From assembly GCF_000011325.1 (NCBI RefSeq), contig NC_003450.3, forward strand, positions 3,180,001 through 3,212,000: DNA of 32,000 nucleotides, read 5' to 3'. The translations under genes were made by a program, and so were the position numbers. The notes below the pieces were generated by a model that had not been told where the DNA came from, ran no database searches, and saw nothing but the letters and a program-made list of their open reading frames with translations. The stretch comes from Corynebacterium glutamicum ATCC 13032. GTDB taxonomy: Bacteria; Actinomycetota; Actinomycetes; Mycobacteriales; Mycobacteriaceae. Each line of letters starts with the position of its first letter. The first letter of the stretch is position 1. Below, piece by piece: positions 22,953 to 31,901 of this stretch.

Positions 22953-24104
22953 ATGAATCATGTTGTTAATTTTGCTTCACATTTGGAAGACGCAGCCCTG
23001 AAGCAAGCCGAAGCTACTGCCACCATGCCGTTTATTTACCCGCATGTGGCGTTGATGCCTGATGCTCACTTTGGGCTGGGTTCGTCGGTGGGAACGGTGT
23101 TCGGCACCAAGGGTGCGATCATTCCGGCGGCTGTGGGTGTGGATATAGGTTGCGGAATGATAGGAGTGTGTACCAATTACACGGCCTCTGACCTGGAGGG
23201 ACGTGATTTGGTGACGCTTCGGGATTACATCGAGCGGGTGATTCCGTTGTCTCCTGGAAATTACAATTCCACCACCTTGAAGGAAACCGCGAAGGTGAAG
23301 GTCGCGGAGTTGGAGGAACTCGCGGAGCGCGATGGTGTAGATTTGTCGCACTCTCCGACGTGGAAGCGCCAGTTGGGTTCGCTTGGTGGAGGTAATCACT
23401 TCATTGAGTTGTGTCTTGATGAGTTGGATCGGGTGTGGATGTTTTTGCACTCTGGTTCCCGCGGTGTGGGTAACAAGATTGCCCAGAAGCACATCAAGAT
23501 CGCGCAGGCCGAGTGTAAGAATGAGGAGCTTCCCGATAAGGATCTTGCGTACTTGACCGAGGGGACTGAGGAGTTTGAGTCTTACATCAAGGAACTGAAT
23601 TGGGCGCAGCGTTTTGCGTTCCTCAACAGGGAAGAAATGATGGACAGATTCGCACGGGAGCTGGGTTTTTTCGTCGACAAGCAGCTTGAAGAGGTCGAGC
23701 GCATCAACTGCCACCATAACTACACGGTCCAGGAGGAGCACTACGGCGAGACCATTTGGCTCACCCGTAAGGGTGCCGTGTTGGCGGACGAAGGCACGCC
23801 GGCGTTGATTCCGGGGTCGATGGGCACCGCGTCGTACGTGGTCAGTGGCAAGGGCAACGCCGAGGCACTGCGGTCGGCGCCGCATGGGGCGGGCCGGAGG
23901 ATGTCGCGCAACCAGGCTAAAAAGCGCTTCTCGACGGCCGACCTGGATTCTCGGATGGCGGGCATCGTCTACCGGCCCGGCAAGGAGTGGATCGATGAAA
24001 TTCCCGACGCTTACAAAGACATCGATCAGGTGATGGCCGATGCTGCCGATTTGGTGACAATTCGCCATAAATTGCGCCAGATCGTCAACGTGAAAGGCAC
24101 CTAA
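22953..24104 (+). CDS. rtcB: RNA-splicing ligase RtcB (3'-phosphate/5'-hydroxyl RNA ligase)
   Basis: MPDAHFGLGSSVGTV, GVDIGCGM, GGGNHFIEL, HSGSRGVGN and the HGAGR motif are all characteristic RtcB metal and GMP-histidine motifs. Confidence 0.95.
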   Translation: MNHVVNFASHLEDAALKQAEATATMPFIYPHVALMPDAHFGLGSSVGTVFGTKGAIIPAAVGVDIGCGMIGVCTNYTASDLEGRDLVTLRDYIERVIPLSPGNYNSTTLKETAKVKVAELEELAERDGVDLSHSPTWKRQLGSLGGGNHFIELCLDELDRVWMFLHSGSRGVGNKIAQKHIKIAQAECKNEELPDKDLAYLTEGTEEFESYIKELNWAQRFAFLNREEMMDRFARELGFFVDKQLEEVERINCHHNYTVQEEHYGETIWLTRKGAVLADEGTPALIPGSMGTASYVVSGKGNAEALRSAPHGAGRRMSRNQAKKRFSTADLDSRMAGIVYRPGKEWIDEIPDAYKDIDQVMADAADLVTIRHKLRQIVNVKGT

Positions 24105-24156
24105 AGCGCATTAACGGTAAAGTGCGAGAGGTATTTTGACGGGTTTAGATTGAGGG

Positions 24157-24732
24157 ATGTGGATAGTGCTGAAAATCCGACGGCTGCTTCTACGCCGTGT
24201 CCTTCCGCTACTCATCACCTTGGCGCTCCTGTGCGGACTGGTGCTTGCGTGGTTTATCTATCCTGCGAAGGCTGAGCCCAAAAAAGTTGATGTAGTTCTG
24301 GTGCTGGCCGGTTCCAGCGATGGTCGACACGAATATGGTGCCGAGCTTGTTGAAGAAGGCTACGCCAGCAATTACGTCGTCTCCAACCCGAGTGGCTCCA
24401 AAGACAAAGTGGGATATGCCCACTGCGCAGGAAAGTCACGGCCAAAAAATGCGGAAAGTTTCTGCATGGATCCTTACCCCGTGATCACCTCCGGCGAAGC
24501 CCGCACGTTTAACGAGCTTGCCAAAAAGGAAGGCTGGGAAAGCGTATTGGTAGTGACCAGCCGCACGCACACCCAACGCGTTCGCACCATGTTTGACCAG
24601 TGCTATACCGGTGATTCCACAGTGCTCAACGTCAACAGCCTAGGACGTACCGGGCTTCACAATGCAGTACTCCACGAGATTGGCGGCTTCATTAAATTTT
24701 GGATTACCGCTCCGTGCGCGGACACAAACTAA
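24157..24732 (+). CDS. DUF218 (YdcF/SanA/ElyC-like) domain membrane-anchored protein
   Basis: N-terminal TM helix, then VDVVLVLAGSSDGR ... VLVVTSRTHTQR, typical of DUF218. The alternative GTG start at 24166 has better RBS spacing. Confidence 0.78.
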   Translation: MWIVLKIRRLLLRRVLPLLITLALLCGLVLAWFIYPAKAEPKKVDVVLVLAGSSDGRHEYGAELVEEGYASNYVVSNPSGSKDKVGYAHCAGKSRPKNAESFCMDPYPVITSGEARTFNELAKKEGWESVLVVTSRTHTQRVRTMFDQCYTGDSTVLNVNSLGRTGLHNAVLHEIGGFIKFWITAPCADTN

Positions 24733-25205
24733 GGACGTTCCAGCTCCAACAGCCACTGTTTTGCTTCCAAGCCTCCTCTGTAGCCACCTAACGCCCCATC
24801 AGTGCGCAGTACTCGGTGACAAGGAGCAAAGATTGGCAAGGGGTTGGTGGCGCAGGCGCTTCCCACTGCACGAACCGCGCCCACATTATTAAGCTCAGCG
24901 GCGATCTGTTTGTAAGTTTTACTCTCCCCATAAGGAATGGACAGCAAAAATTCCTGCACTTTACCGCGGAAGCTCAGCAGATTTTGGCTTGGCCAATCCA
25001 GGGGAGTGCTGAACTCTTTACGTTTCCCTGCGAAGTATTCTTCAAGCTCAGCAACTGCCTGTTCCAGCACCGCATTGGTTCCCGGGGTCGACCCGACAGT
25101 ACAAGCTGCGTAGTTTTCATCGGAGAATGCCACATAGGTTAGCCCTTGGTCACTTGCAACAAGAAGAAGCTCTCCGATTGGTGATTCATAGCGTAGATGG
25201 TGCAT
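24729..25205 (-). CDS. ogt: Methylated-DNA--protein-cysteine methyltransferase
   Basis: Active-site PCHRV (IFAPCHRVLRTDGALGGYRGGLEAKQWLLELE). 158 aa. Its 3' end overlaps the convergent DUF218 gene by 4 bp. Confidence 0.93.
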   Translation of the reverse strand: MHHLRYESPIGELLLVASDQGLTYVAFSDENYAACTVGSTPGTNAVLEQAVAELEEYFAGKRKEFSTPLDWPSQNLLSFRGKVQEFLLSIPYGESKTYKQIAAELNNVGAVRAVGSACATNPLPIFAPCHRVLRTDGALGGYRGGLEAKQWLLELERP

Positions 25206-25219
25206 TTTTCAAGTCCTCT

Positions 25220-26233
25220 TTATACCCTCACAACAATTTTTCCTGAGGTTTTACCCTGCTCAACGAGCCGGTGCCCCTCCATGATGTTTGCAGCGTTGAG
25301 CCCATCCAGCACCGTTGCTGTCACGGACTCAAACTGACCCCGATCAACCATGTCGGCGATCTTATTCAGAATTTTCCCTTGTTCACCCATATCAGGAGTG
25401 TTGAACATAGCGCGGGTAAACATGAACTCCCAGTGCAAAGCGATCGCTTTTTGCTTAAAAGCGCCCAAATTGGGATCCACTGGATCATCGATGAGCACTA
25501 GGTGGGACTGGGGTTTCATCAACGTGGCGAGCTCTACTTCACGCCCAGTAGTCCACGAGCTGAAAACAAAATCCACGTCGGAGATTTGCTCACTCAAATC
25601 CTTGGAGTGATCAATCACCTCATGAGCACCGAGCTTTGTCACCCATTCTTGTGATTCAGGGCGAGAAGCTGTTGCCACTACTTTCAGACCAGTGAGAGCT
25701 CGAGCAAGTTGAATAAGAGCTGAAGGCACACCTCCTGAACCGCCCAAGACCAACAGTGTTCCAGTAGTTGACTGAGTTACTCCCAATCGGTCAAAAAGTG
25801 ACTCCCATGCAGTGAGCGCGACAAGTGGGAGAGCAGCGGCGTCGTGTGCCCCCAAGCTTTGTGGTGCGTGACCCACCAGCCGTTCATCCACCACCTGGTA
25901 CTCTGCGTTACTTCCTGGACGCTGATTGGATCCTGCGTAGAACACTTTGTCACCAACATTGAAGAGCGTGACCTGCGATCCAACAGCCACCACCTCACCT
26001 GCAGCATCAAAACCTAAAATTTTAGGATGCTTTTGCTTCCCGGCCCGCATGCGTACCTTGGTATCAACAGGGTTAATTGAGACCGCCTCAATGTGGACTA
26101 GCAGATCATGTGGTCCGGGAGTTGGTCGATCTACTTCTACATCGATCAGGAAATCTGGTTGATCAGAAGGGATGGAATCTAACATTGCAACAGCAGACAT
26201 AGTGGGATCAGGGGTATCCATTTGCGCGCTCAT
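25220..26233 (-). CDS. Zinc-type alcohol dehydrogenase / quinone oxidoreductase family (MDR superfamily)
   Basis: GroES-like N-domain (LLVHIEAVSINPVDTKVR) and a Rossmann motif (LVLGGSGGVPSALIQLA). The start is ambiguous among several in-frame Met codons. Confidence 0.88.
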   Translation of the reverse strand: MSAQMDTPDPTMSAVAMLDSIPSDQPDFLIDVEVDRPTPGPHDLLVHIEAVSINPVDTKVRMRAGKQKHPKILGFDAAGEVVAVGSQVTLFNVGDKVFYAGSNQRPGSNAEYQVVDERLVGHAPQSLGAHDAAALPLVALTAWESLFDRLGVTQSTTGTLLVLGGSGGVPSALIQLARALTGLKVVATASRPESQEWVTKLGAHEVIDHSKDLSEQISDVDFVFSSWTTGREVELATLMKPQSHLVLIDDPVDPNLGAFKQKAIALHWEFMFTRAMFNTPDMGEQGKILNKIADMVDRGQFESVTATVLDGLNAANIMEGHRLVEQGKTSGKIVVRV

Positions 26234-26646
26234 GCCCCCGATGTTAGCCCTTGGGTACGTTTCATGCCCGTGTTTTCTCTGCTCAGCGATGTAATCTGCC
26301 GATTCTGTATTTGACGTGCTTTTTTAGCACGCCATTAAGCTAAAAATAAGGTTAGGGTGCGTTATGTTTTCAGGTATCAAAAGGTGCTAATGCCTTTATT
26401 GTGTTTCGCATTGTCATTTACCACATGAAGAAGCGGACCCGTTTAGGTTGAGAATCAAGTACCTGTCATCGAGAATTTCCTCAAAGATCTCAAGCCCAAA
26501 CAAGACTCGTAGCAGAATGTGGCGCAGGCACACTGGCTACCAGCTGAGTTAGATTGATAACTTAGCTGGATATCCACCTTTTTAATCTGGCTGAATTCTT
26601 CACAGCGGGCTACTGTTTTTCGAGACTAACTTTAACGATCTAGAAC

Positions 26647-26742
26647 TTGCCCGAAATATTGCTCAAAGCATCTCTCAAAGCACTGCCTAAAGCACTGCCC
26701 AGAGCCTTGCCCGGAGCTTTGCTCAAAGCATCTCAAGCATCA
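26647..26742. repeat. Degenerate 12-bp tandem array, about 8 units (consensus YTGCYCARAGCA)
   Basis: Units start at 26647, 26659, 26671, 26683, 26695, 26707, 26719 and 26731. Units 2 and 7 are identical, and TTGCTCAAAGCATCTC recurs at 26659 and 26719. The array lies about 105 bp upstream of the MFS start. Confidence 0.75.
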
Positions 26743-26849
26743 GGCAAGACCTCCCCATAAGTTCACTCAAGCAAGTTCTCCCGAACAGATTCACCCGAGA
26801 AGTCGACAGACCCCATTAAACAGCCCGATTCAAGAAAGGCTTCGCAGCC

Positions 26850-28028
26850 ATGAGCACCACCACCGCGCCCGAAGCACGGTTTCCTGTCGTCCCTTTGACC
26901 GCCATGAGTTTCGCGGCATTTGTTTATGTCACGTTCGAGATGTTTGCAGTTGGCCTCATCAAGCCGATGGCCAGCGATCTTGGAGTGTCAGAATCCAGCA
27001 TCGGCCTGTTGATGACTGTGTATGCGACTGTCGTTGCCGTGGTGACGATCCCTGCCATGTTGTGGGTTTCTCGATTTAACAAGCGCACAGTTTTCCTGAT
27101 TACTCTGGCATTTTTGGCCACGGGCATTGTTGTTCAGGCACTGACCGTTAATTATGGAATGCTAGCCATCGGCCGCACTATCGCAGCATTGACTCACGGG
27201 GTGTTTTGGGCACTTGTTGGGCCAATGGCAGCGCGTATGTCCCCAGGTCACACTGGTCGTGCAGTAGGCGTTGTGTCGATTGGATCAACCATGGCGCTGG
27301 TCGTTGGTTCTCCGCTGGCAACATGGATCGGTGAACTCATCGGATGGCGTCCTGCCACCTGGATTCTTGGTGCGCTGACCATTGCGGCCGTGGCTGTACT
27401 CATTCCAACCGTTCCATCACTGCCACCACTTCCAGACACGGAATCAGAGTCCAAAGAAAAGAAATCCCTTCCATGGGGTCTCATTTCCCTGGTCATTTTC
27501 CTTCTCCTTGCCGTCACCGGTGTTTTTGCTGCCTACACCTACCTTGGCCTCATCATCGCTGAAACAGCAGGGGACAGCTTCGTGTCCATTGGCTTGTTCG
27601 CCTTCGGTGCACTCGGACTCATTGGCGTGACAGTGGCAACCCGAACTGTGGATCAACGCATGCTGCGTGGAAGTGTTCACACCACCACTTTGTTTGTCAT
27701 TGCTGCAATTCTCGGACAGATCGCATTCGGATTAGAGGGCACACTAGCCGTAGTAGCTATCTTCCTTGCAGTCACCGTGTTTGGTGGAGCATACGGCGCT
27801 CTCCCAACCCTGGGAACCACCATCTTCCTCCATGCGGGTCGCGACCACCCAGATACTGCATCCTCCATTTATGTGGTCACTTACCAAGTGGGTATCGCGT
27901 CTGGCGCGGCACTTGGCGCGATGGCTGTGGATGCCGATTGGGTTGCTGGCACTTTGTGGATCATGGCTGGACTGTCATTGGCTTCCACGTTGGCCTTGGC
28001 GCTGTGGTCCCGCCCGCTACTGAAGTAG
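26850..28028 (+). CDS. MFS transporter (12 TM, sugar/drug efflux-like)
   Basis: 392 aa, about 12 hydrophobic segments, with the MFS loop 2-3 motif region (WVSRFNKRTV). Confidence 0.88.
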   Translation: MSTTTAPEARFPVVPLTAMSFAAFVYVTFEMFAVGLIKPMASDLGVSESSIGLLMTVYATVVAVVTIPAMLWVSRFNKRTVFLITLAFLATGIVVQALTVNYGMLAIGRTIAALTHGVFWALVGPMAARMSPGHTGRAVGVVSIGSTMALVVGSPLATWIGELIGWRPATWILGALTIAAVAVLIPTVPSLPPLPDTESESKEKKSLPWGLISLVIFLLLAVTGVFAAYTYLGLIIAETAGDSFVSIGLFAFGALGLIGVTVATRTVDQRMLRGSVHTTTLFVIAAILGQIAFGLEGTLAVVAIFLAVTVFGGAYGALPTLGTTIFLHAGRDHPDTASSIYVVTYQVGIASGAALGAMAVDADWVAGTLWIMAGLSLASTLALALWSRPLLK

Positions 28029-28108
28029 CAGCCCAAATTCAGCCCACTGAATCAACCCCAAAACCACCCAAAAGTCACACTTAGCAAACAATTAAATTCA
28101 TCACAAAC

Positions 28109-28149
28109 CACCCCTGTACAAAATTAGCAATAAAGGTCAGGGGTGTTTT
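28109..28149 (+). terminator. Possible terminator after the MFS gene
   Basis: CACCCCTG (28109-28116) / CAGGGGTG (28138-28145) followed by TTTTG. The 21-nt loop makes it weak. Confidence 0.35.
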
Positions 28150-28279
28150 GCAAATGTTCACATTGCGAAATTTTTGTTGAGCTACAGATTTAGCTAGTGT
28201 TTTTGTTCCAGAACCCTAAATGAGGTTCTACCCTTAACAGAGCTTCCCGCAAAAACACCGATTAACAAGGCTAAATGAT

Positions 28280-29458
28280 ATGACCATCGACCTGCAGCGT
28301 TCCACCCAAAACCTCACCCATGAGGAAATCTTCGAGGCACACGAGGGCGGAAAGCTCTCCATTAGTTCCACTCGTCCGCTCCGCGACATGCGCGATCTTT
28401 CCCTTGCTTACACCCCTGGTGTTGCTCAGGTTTGTGAAGCAATCAAGGAAGATCCAGAGGTTGCGCGCACCCACACGGGCATTGGAAACACCGTCGCGGT
28501 TATTTCCGACGGCACCGCTGTTCTTGGCCTTGGCGATATCGGACCTCAGGCCTCCCTTCCCGTCATGGAGGGCAAGGCTCAGCTGTTTAGCTCTTTCGCT
28601 GGCCTGAAGGCTATCCCTATCGTTTTGGACGTTCACGATGTTGACGCTTTGGTTGAGACCATCGCAGCCATCGCGCCTTCTTTCGGTGCTATCAACTTGG
28701 AGGACATCTCCGCTCCTCGTTGCTTCGAGGTGGAGCGCCGCCTCATCGAGCGTCTCGATATTCCAGTTATGCACGATGACCAGCACGGCACCGCTGTGGT
28801 TATCCTCGCTGCGCTGCGCAACTCCCTGAAGCTGCTGGATCGCAAGATCGAAGACCTCAAGATTGTTATTTCCGGCGCAGGCGCAGCGGGCGTTGCAGCT
28901 GTAGATATGCTGACCAACGCTGGAGCAACCGACATCGTGGTTCTTGATTCCCGAGGCATCATCCACGACAGCCGTGAGGATCTTTCCCCAGTTAAGGCTG
29001 CTCTTGCAGAGAAGACCAACCCTCGTGGCATCAGCGGTGGCATCAATGAGGCTTTCACCGGCGCGGACCTGTTCATTGGCGTGTCCGGCGGCAACATCGG
29101 CGAGGACGCTCTCAAACTCATGGCCCCGGAGCCAATCCTGTTCACCCTGGCGAACCCAACCCCAGAGATCGATCCTGAGCTGTCTCAGAAGTACGGCGCC
29201 ATCGTCGCGACCGGCCGCTCTGACCTGCCTAACCAGATCAACAACGTGCTCGCGTTCCCAGGAATTTTCGCCGGCGCTCTCGCAGCCAAGGCTAAGAAGA
29301 TCACCCCCGAGATGAAGCTCGCCGCTGCAGAGGCAATCGCCGACATCGCAGCTGAGGACCTCGAGGTCGGCCGCATCGTGCCTACCGCCCTGGATCCCCG
29401 CGTCGCCCCAGCAGTCAAGGCAGCTGTCCAGGCCGTCGCCGAAGCGCAAAACGCTTAA
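28280..29458 (+). CDS. malE: NADP-dependent malic enzyme (short bacterial type)
   Basis: DLSLAYTPGVA, GTAVLGLGDIGPQASLPVMEGKAQLF, FGAINLEDISAPRCFEVE, HDDQHGTAVV and the Rossmann motif ISGAGAAGVA. 392 aa. Confidence 0.95.
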   Translation: MTIDLQRSTQNLTHEEIFEAHEGGKLSISSTRPLRDMRDLSLAYTPGVAQVCEAIKEDPEVARTHTGIGNTVAVISDGTAVLGLGDIGPQASLPVMEGKAQLFSSFAGLKAIPIVLDVHDVDALVETIAAIAPSFGAINLEDISAPRCFEVERRLIERLDIPVMHDDQHGTAVVILAALRNSLKLLDRKIEDLKIVISGAGAAGVAAVDMLTNAGATDIVVLDSRGIIHDSREDLSPVKAALAEKTNPRGISGGINEAFTGADLFIGVSGGNIGEDALKLMAPEPILFTLANPTPEIDPELSQKYGAIVATGRSDLPNQINNVLAFPGIFAGALAAKAKKITPEMKLAAAEAIADIAAEDLEVGRIVPTALDPRVAPAVKAAVQAVAEAQNA

Positions 29459-29516
29459 AAATTTGCTTATCGACGCCTCCCTCCCCGTCGAGGCGCCAAT
29501 ATTTTAAGAGCAAACT

Positions 29517-29548
29517 TGAGGCCCACAGAAGCAATTCTGTGGGCCTTC
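29517..29548. terminator. Bidirectional terminator between malE and the convergent FGGY kinase gene
   Basis: AGGCCCACAGAA (29519-29530) / TTCTGTGGGCCT (29535-29546) with a 4-nt loop GCAA. The flanks extend the stem with one bulge. Confidence 0.75.
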
Positions 29549-29627
29549 AAATTCACTGATCAAGAACTCACCACAACCCCGAGACCAGACCTTTAAATCA
29601 AACAAATTTTTGCACTTTATCCAATTC

Positions 29628-29680
29628 GCAAAAATCCACCACGAATCACAGAATTTCTGCGTCTTGTGGTAGATATTCGC
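29628..29680. repeat. Third copy of the GCAAAAATCCACCAC hairpin element (more degenerate right arm)
   Basis: GCAAAAATCCACCAC at 29628-29642 is identical to 21145-21159. The right arm is TGTGGTAGATATTCGC (29665-29680). A solo half-site ATTTTTGCACT at 29606-29616 is identical to 21189-21199. Confidence 0.65.
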
Positions 29681-29702
29681 ATGCGCGTTCCACTGCGAAA
29701 AG

Positions 29703-31187
29703 CTAGACCAACTTGAGGTAGAGGGCGTCGAAAAGCTCTCTTGCCTTGGAGTAATGGTGCGCAAAGCGCGGCTGATGCGTCGTGCCGAATGGTGGCGTCG
29801 CGCGCGTGCCGCCTGGTTCGAGCTGCTCAAGGACGATAAGTGCGGTGCCGCGGAGGGTGGCGCGCTTCATTTCCAGAGGGATGACTGGGGTGTCGAGGGC
29901 GTCGGAAAGCATCGCGAGGAATTCTGGGTGGTCGGTGGAGACTCGTCCTGATGCGATGACCCGTTCAGGGGCTGCGCCGGCTTTCCCCATGTGTTCCCAA
30001 ACGCGCTGGTAGGAGAGTGCGAGGGCTTCGAAAACGCCGCGCCACAAGTGTTCAGGGCCGGTTTGTTCCTGAATGTTGGTGATCGTGGCCTGCGCTGAGG
30101 CTGCCCAGCCGATGGAGCGTTCCCCGGAGAAGAACGGCAGGACAGCTGGGGTGCCTTCGAGGGGTTCGCGGATCAGCACTTCGTCGAGGTTTTCAGGCTT
30201 GATAATGGTGCGTTCCAGCCAGGTGACGGCGCGTCCGACGTCGTTGAGTGCGCCACCAACGATGCACTGGTCGCGGGAAACGCGGTAACACCACAGGCCA
30301 GAGGGGATCTGTTCGGGAACGCTCGGAAGGATCACGCGCATGGCGCCGGATGTAGCGGCGGCGACTGCGACGGTTTTAGAATCCACGGCGCCTGGGCCAA
30401 TGTTGGAAGGCCAGCCGTCTGGAATGGCATGGAACCAAGGGATTTCTTCCAGGTGCTTCCACTTTTTGTCGACAACTTTGGCATCGGTGGCTGGTTCATC
30501 AGGGTTTCTGATCTCACCGAACAGAGCCGGATCAACACCGATGTGCTCCAAGATAGTCAGATCAAGTTCGCCGGTATGGGCGTCCAAAATGCCACTCCAC
30601 GCGGCAATCGAAGTAGCCATTCCGGTGATGCCTGCAAGTTTGAAGTAGACGTACTCACCGATGGTCATCACATACTTGGCTTTGTTGAACTCTTCCTCGA
30701 ACTCAGTTTTCAGCCACAGCAGGCGCGATGGGTGGTAGGAGGTGTGCAGGCAGACGCCGGTGCGGCCGTGGTAGGCCTCCTCATCGATTTCCGCGCGCAG
30801 CTGCTCCACATACTGTGCAGAACGAGAATCCGCGTAGGTAATGCACGGGGTGAGCGCATTGCCTTCACCATCGACCAAGATTAATGAGGATGCAAAAGAA
30901 TCTAGCGCGACAGCGGCGATCTGATCTTTGATGTTGTGATGATCAGCCGCGTTCAAAATGCCATTAATAACTGAGGTGATCTCCGAAACCACCTGGTCAG
31001 CATCAATGGTGGAAACGCCCTCACCGGTGGTGAATTCATGGGATTCGCGCTGCTTGGTGCCTTTGATTGGGCAGCCGGAAGCATCATAAAGTCCACCTCG
31101 TGATGCAGTGGAACCAATATCCATAGCAAGGACATAAGGTCCACGTGAGTCATCAAAAGGGATGGACATTGTTGGAATTGATCCCAT
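29703..31187 (-). CDS. FGGY-family carbohydrate kinase (gluconokinase/xylulokinase-like)
   Basis: N-terminal phosphate-1 motif (YVLAMDIGSTASRGGLYD) and an FGGY C-domain (GGALNDVG ... FFSGERS). AAGGAA lies 6 nt upstream of the ATG at 31187. Confidence 0.88.
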   Translation of the reverse strand: MGSIPTMSIPFDDSRGPYVLAMDIGSTASRGGLYDASGCPIKGTKQRESHEFTTGEGVSTIDADQVVSEITSVINGILNAADHHNIKDQIAAVALDSFASSLILVDGEGNALTPCITYADSRSAQYVEQLRAEIDEEAYHGRTGVCLHTSYHPSRLLWLKTEFEEEFNKAKYVMTIGEYVYFKLAGITGMATSIAAWSGILDAHTGELDLTILEHIGVDPALFGEIRNPDEPATDAKVVDKKWKHLEEIPWFHAIPDGWPSNIGPGAVDSKTVAVAAATSGAMRVILPSVPEQIPSGLWCYRVSRDQCIVGGALNDVGRAVTWLERTIIKPENLDEVLIREPLEGTPAVLPFFSGERSIGWAASAQATITNIQEQTGPEHLWRGVFEALALSYQRVWEHMGKAGAAPERVIASGRVSTDHPEFLAMLSDALDTPVIPLEMKRATLRGTALIVLEQLEPGGTRATPPFGTTHQPRFAHHYSKARELFDALYLKLV

Positions 31188-31243
31188 AAGGTTTCCTTTA
31201 AAGGTCTGACTAATAAAGAATATTCTTTAAGGATATAGCGTGA

Positions 31244-31837
31244 TCACGCGAAAACATGCATGGGAGTATTGCTCAATTGCTGTGCTTCTCCCAGATCAAC
31301 CACCTTGTCGGGATCGCCAAGCCTTGGCCCCAGTGCCACCAAGACTGCAAAAACTACTGCCAGAATCAGTGCGAGCCAAACCCACACCTTAAAAAATCTC
31401 TCCCCAAAGATCTTGGCAATTAATGCTCCCGCACCGGCACCAAGAGTATTGAAAATAAGGTCATCGATGTCGCTGTAGCCCAGCATGAAAACATACTGAG
31501 ATATCTCAATAGCCAGGCTAAATAGCGCGCCCACCCGCATCGTGTGAATGACTGAATTCTTATGCCACGACCCAGATGTTTTTAACAGGACGTAGAACAG
31601 CACTCCGAAGGGGACAAAGAAAGCGAAGTTTCCTCCGTAACCAAATAGCGGAGAAAACCATGAACTGGATTCGATGAAGTCATTGAATGGCACTAAAGAA
31701 ATCGAACGATTCCTATGGGCTTCCGGTACCCACAACAATCCAATGACGAAGAATGATTTCAACATGGTCAACGAAACCATGACAGCGCTGTAAGCAATCA
31801 GCGCGAGGGCAATCATCGAAGTGGAAGGGGCTCTCAT
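31244..31837 (-). CDS. VanZ-like family membrane protein
   Basis: 197 aa with about 5-6 TM helices. VPFNDF ... NFAFFVPFG ... EISQYV ... SDIDDLIFNTLGAGAGA are typical VanZ-like motifs. Confidence 0.78.
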   Translation of the reverse strand: MRAPSTSMIALALIAYSAVMVSLTMLKSFFVIGLLWVPEAHRNRSISLVPFNDFIESSSWFSPLFGYGGNFAFFVPFGVLFYVLLKTSGSWHKNSVIHTMRVGALFSLAIEISQYVFMLGYSDIDDLIFNTLGAGAGALIAKIFGERFFKVWVWLALILAVVFAVLVALGPRLGDPDKVVDLGEAQQLSNTPMHVFA

Positions 31838-31901
31838 GAGTCCTGATCATATAAGGACAACATGGATTTTTCGCCCGCGCAAGCGGAACTGCTGAAACCT
31901 T

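Noticed and set aside
22977-24068. 363-aa minus-strand ORF antisense to rtcB
   Set aside because: The sense strand carries all RtcB catalytic motifs. The antisense translation is Arg/Leu/His-rich nonsense with no RBS or domain.
24158-24166. Isolated DnaA-box-like 9-mer TGTGGATAg at the start of the DUF218 gene
   Set aside because: Single one-mismatch occurrence with no neighbouring boxes, compatible with chance.
26647-26757. 12-bp tandem array as a CRISPR array or as a coding tetrapeptide repeat
   Set aside because: The units are contiguous with no spacers and far shorter than CRISPR repeats, and no cas genes are present. The only open frame through it starts after a TAG at 26641, would need a TTG start without an RBS, and gives just 37 aa.
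28271-29449. 392-aa minus-strand ORF exactly mirroring malE
   Set aside because: The plus-strand product has unmistakable malic-enzyme motifs. The antisense product is low-complexity (Gly/Asp/Leu/Arg-rich) with no recognisable motif. Stop-free antisense frames are a common result of strong codon bias in highly expressed GC-biased genes.
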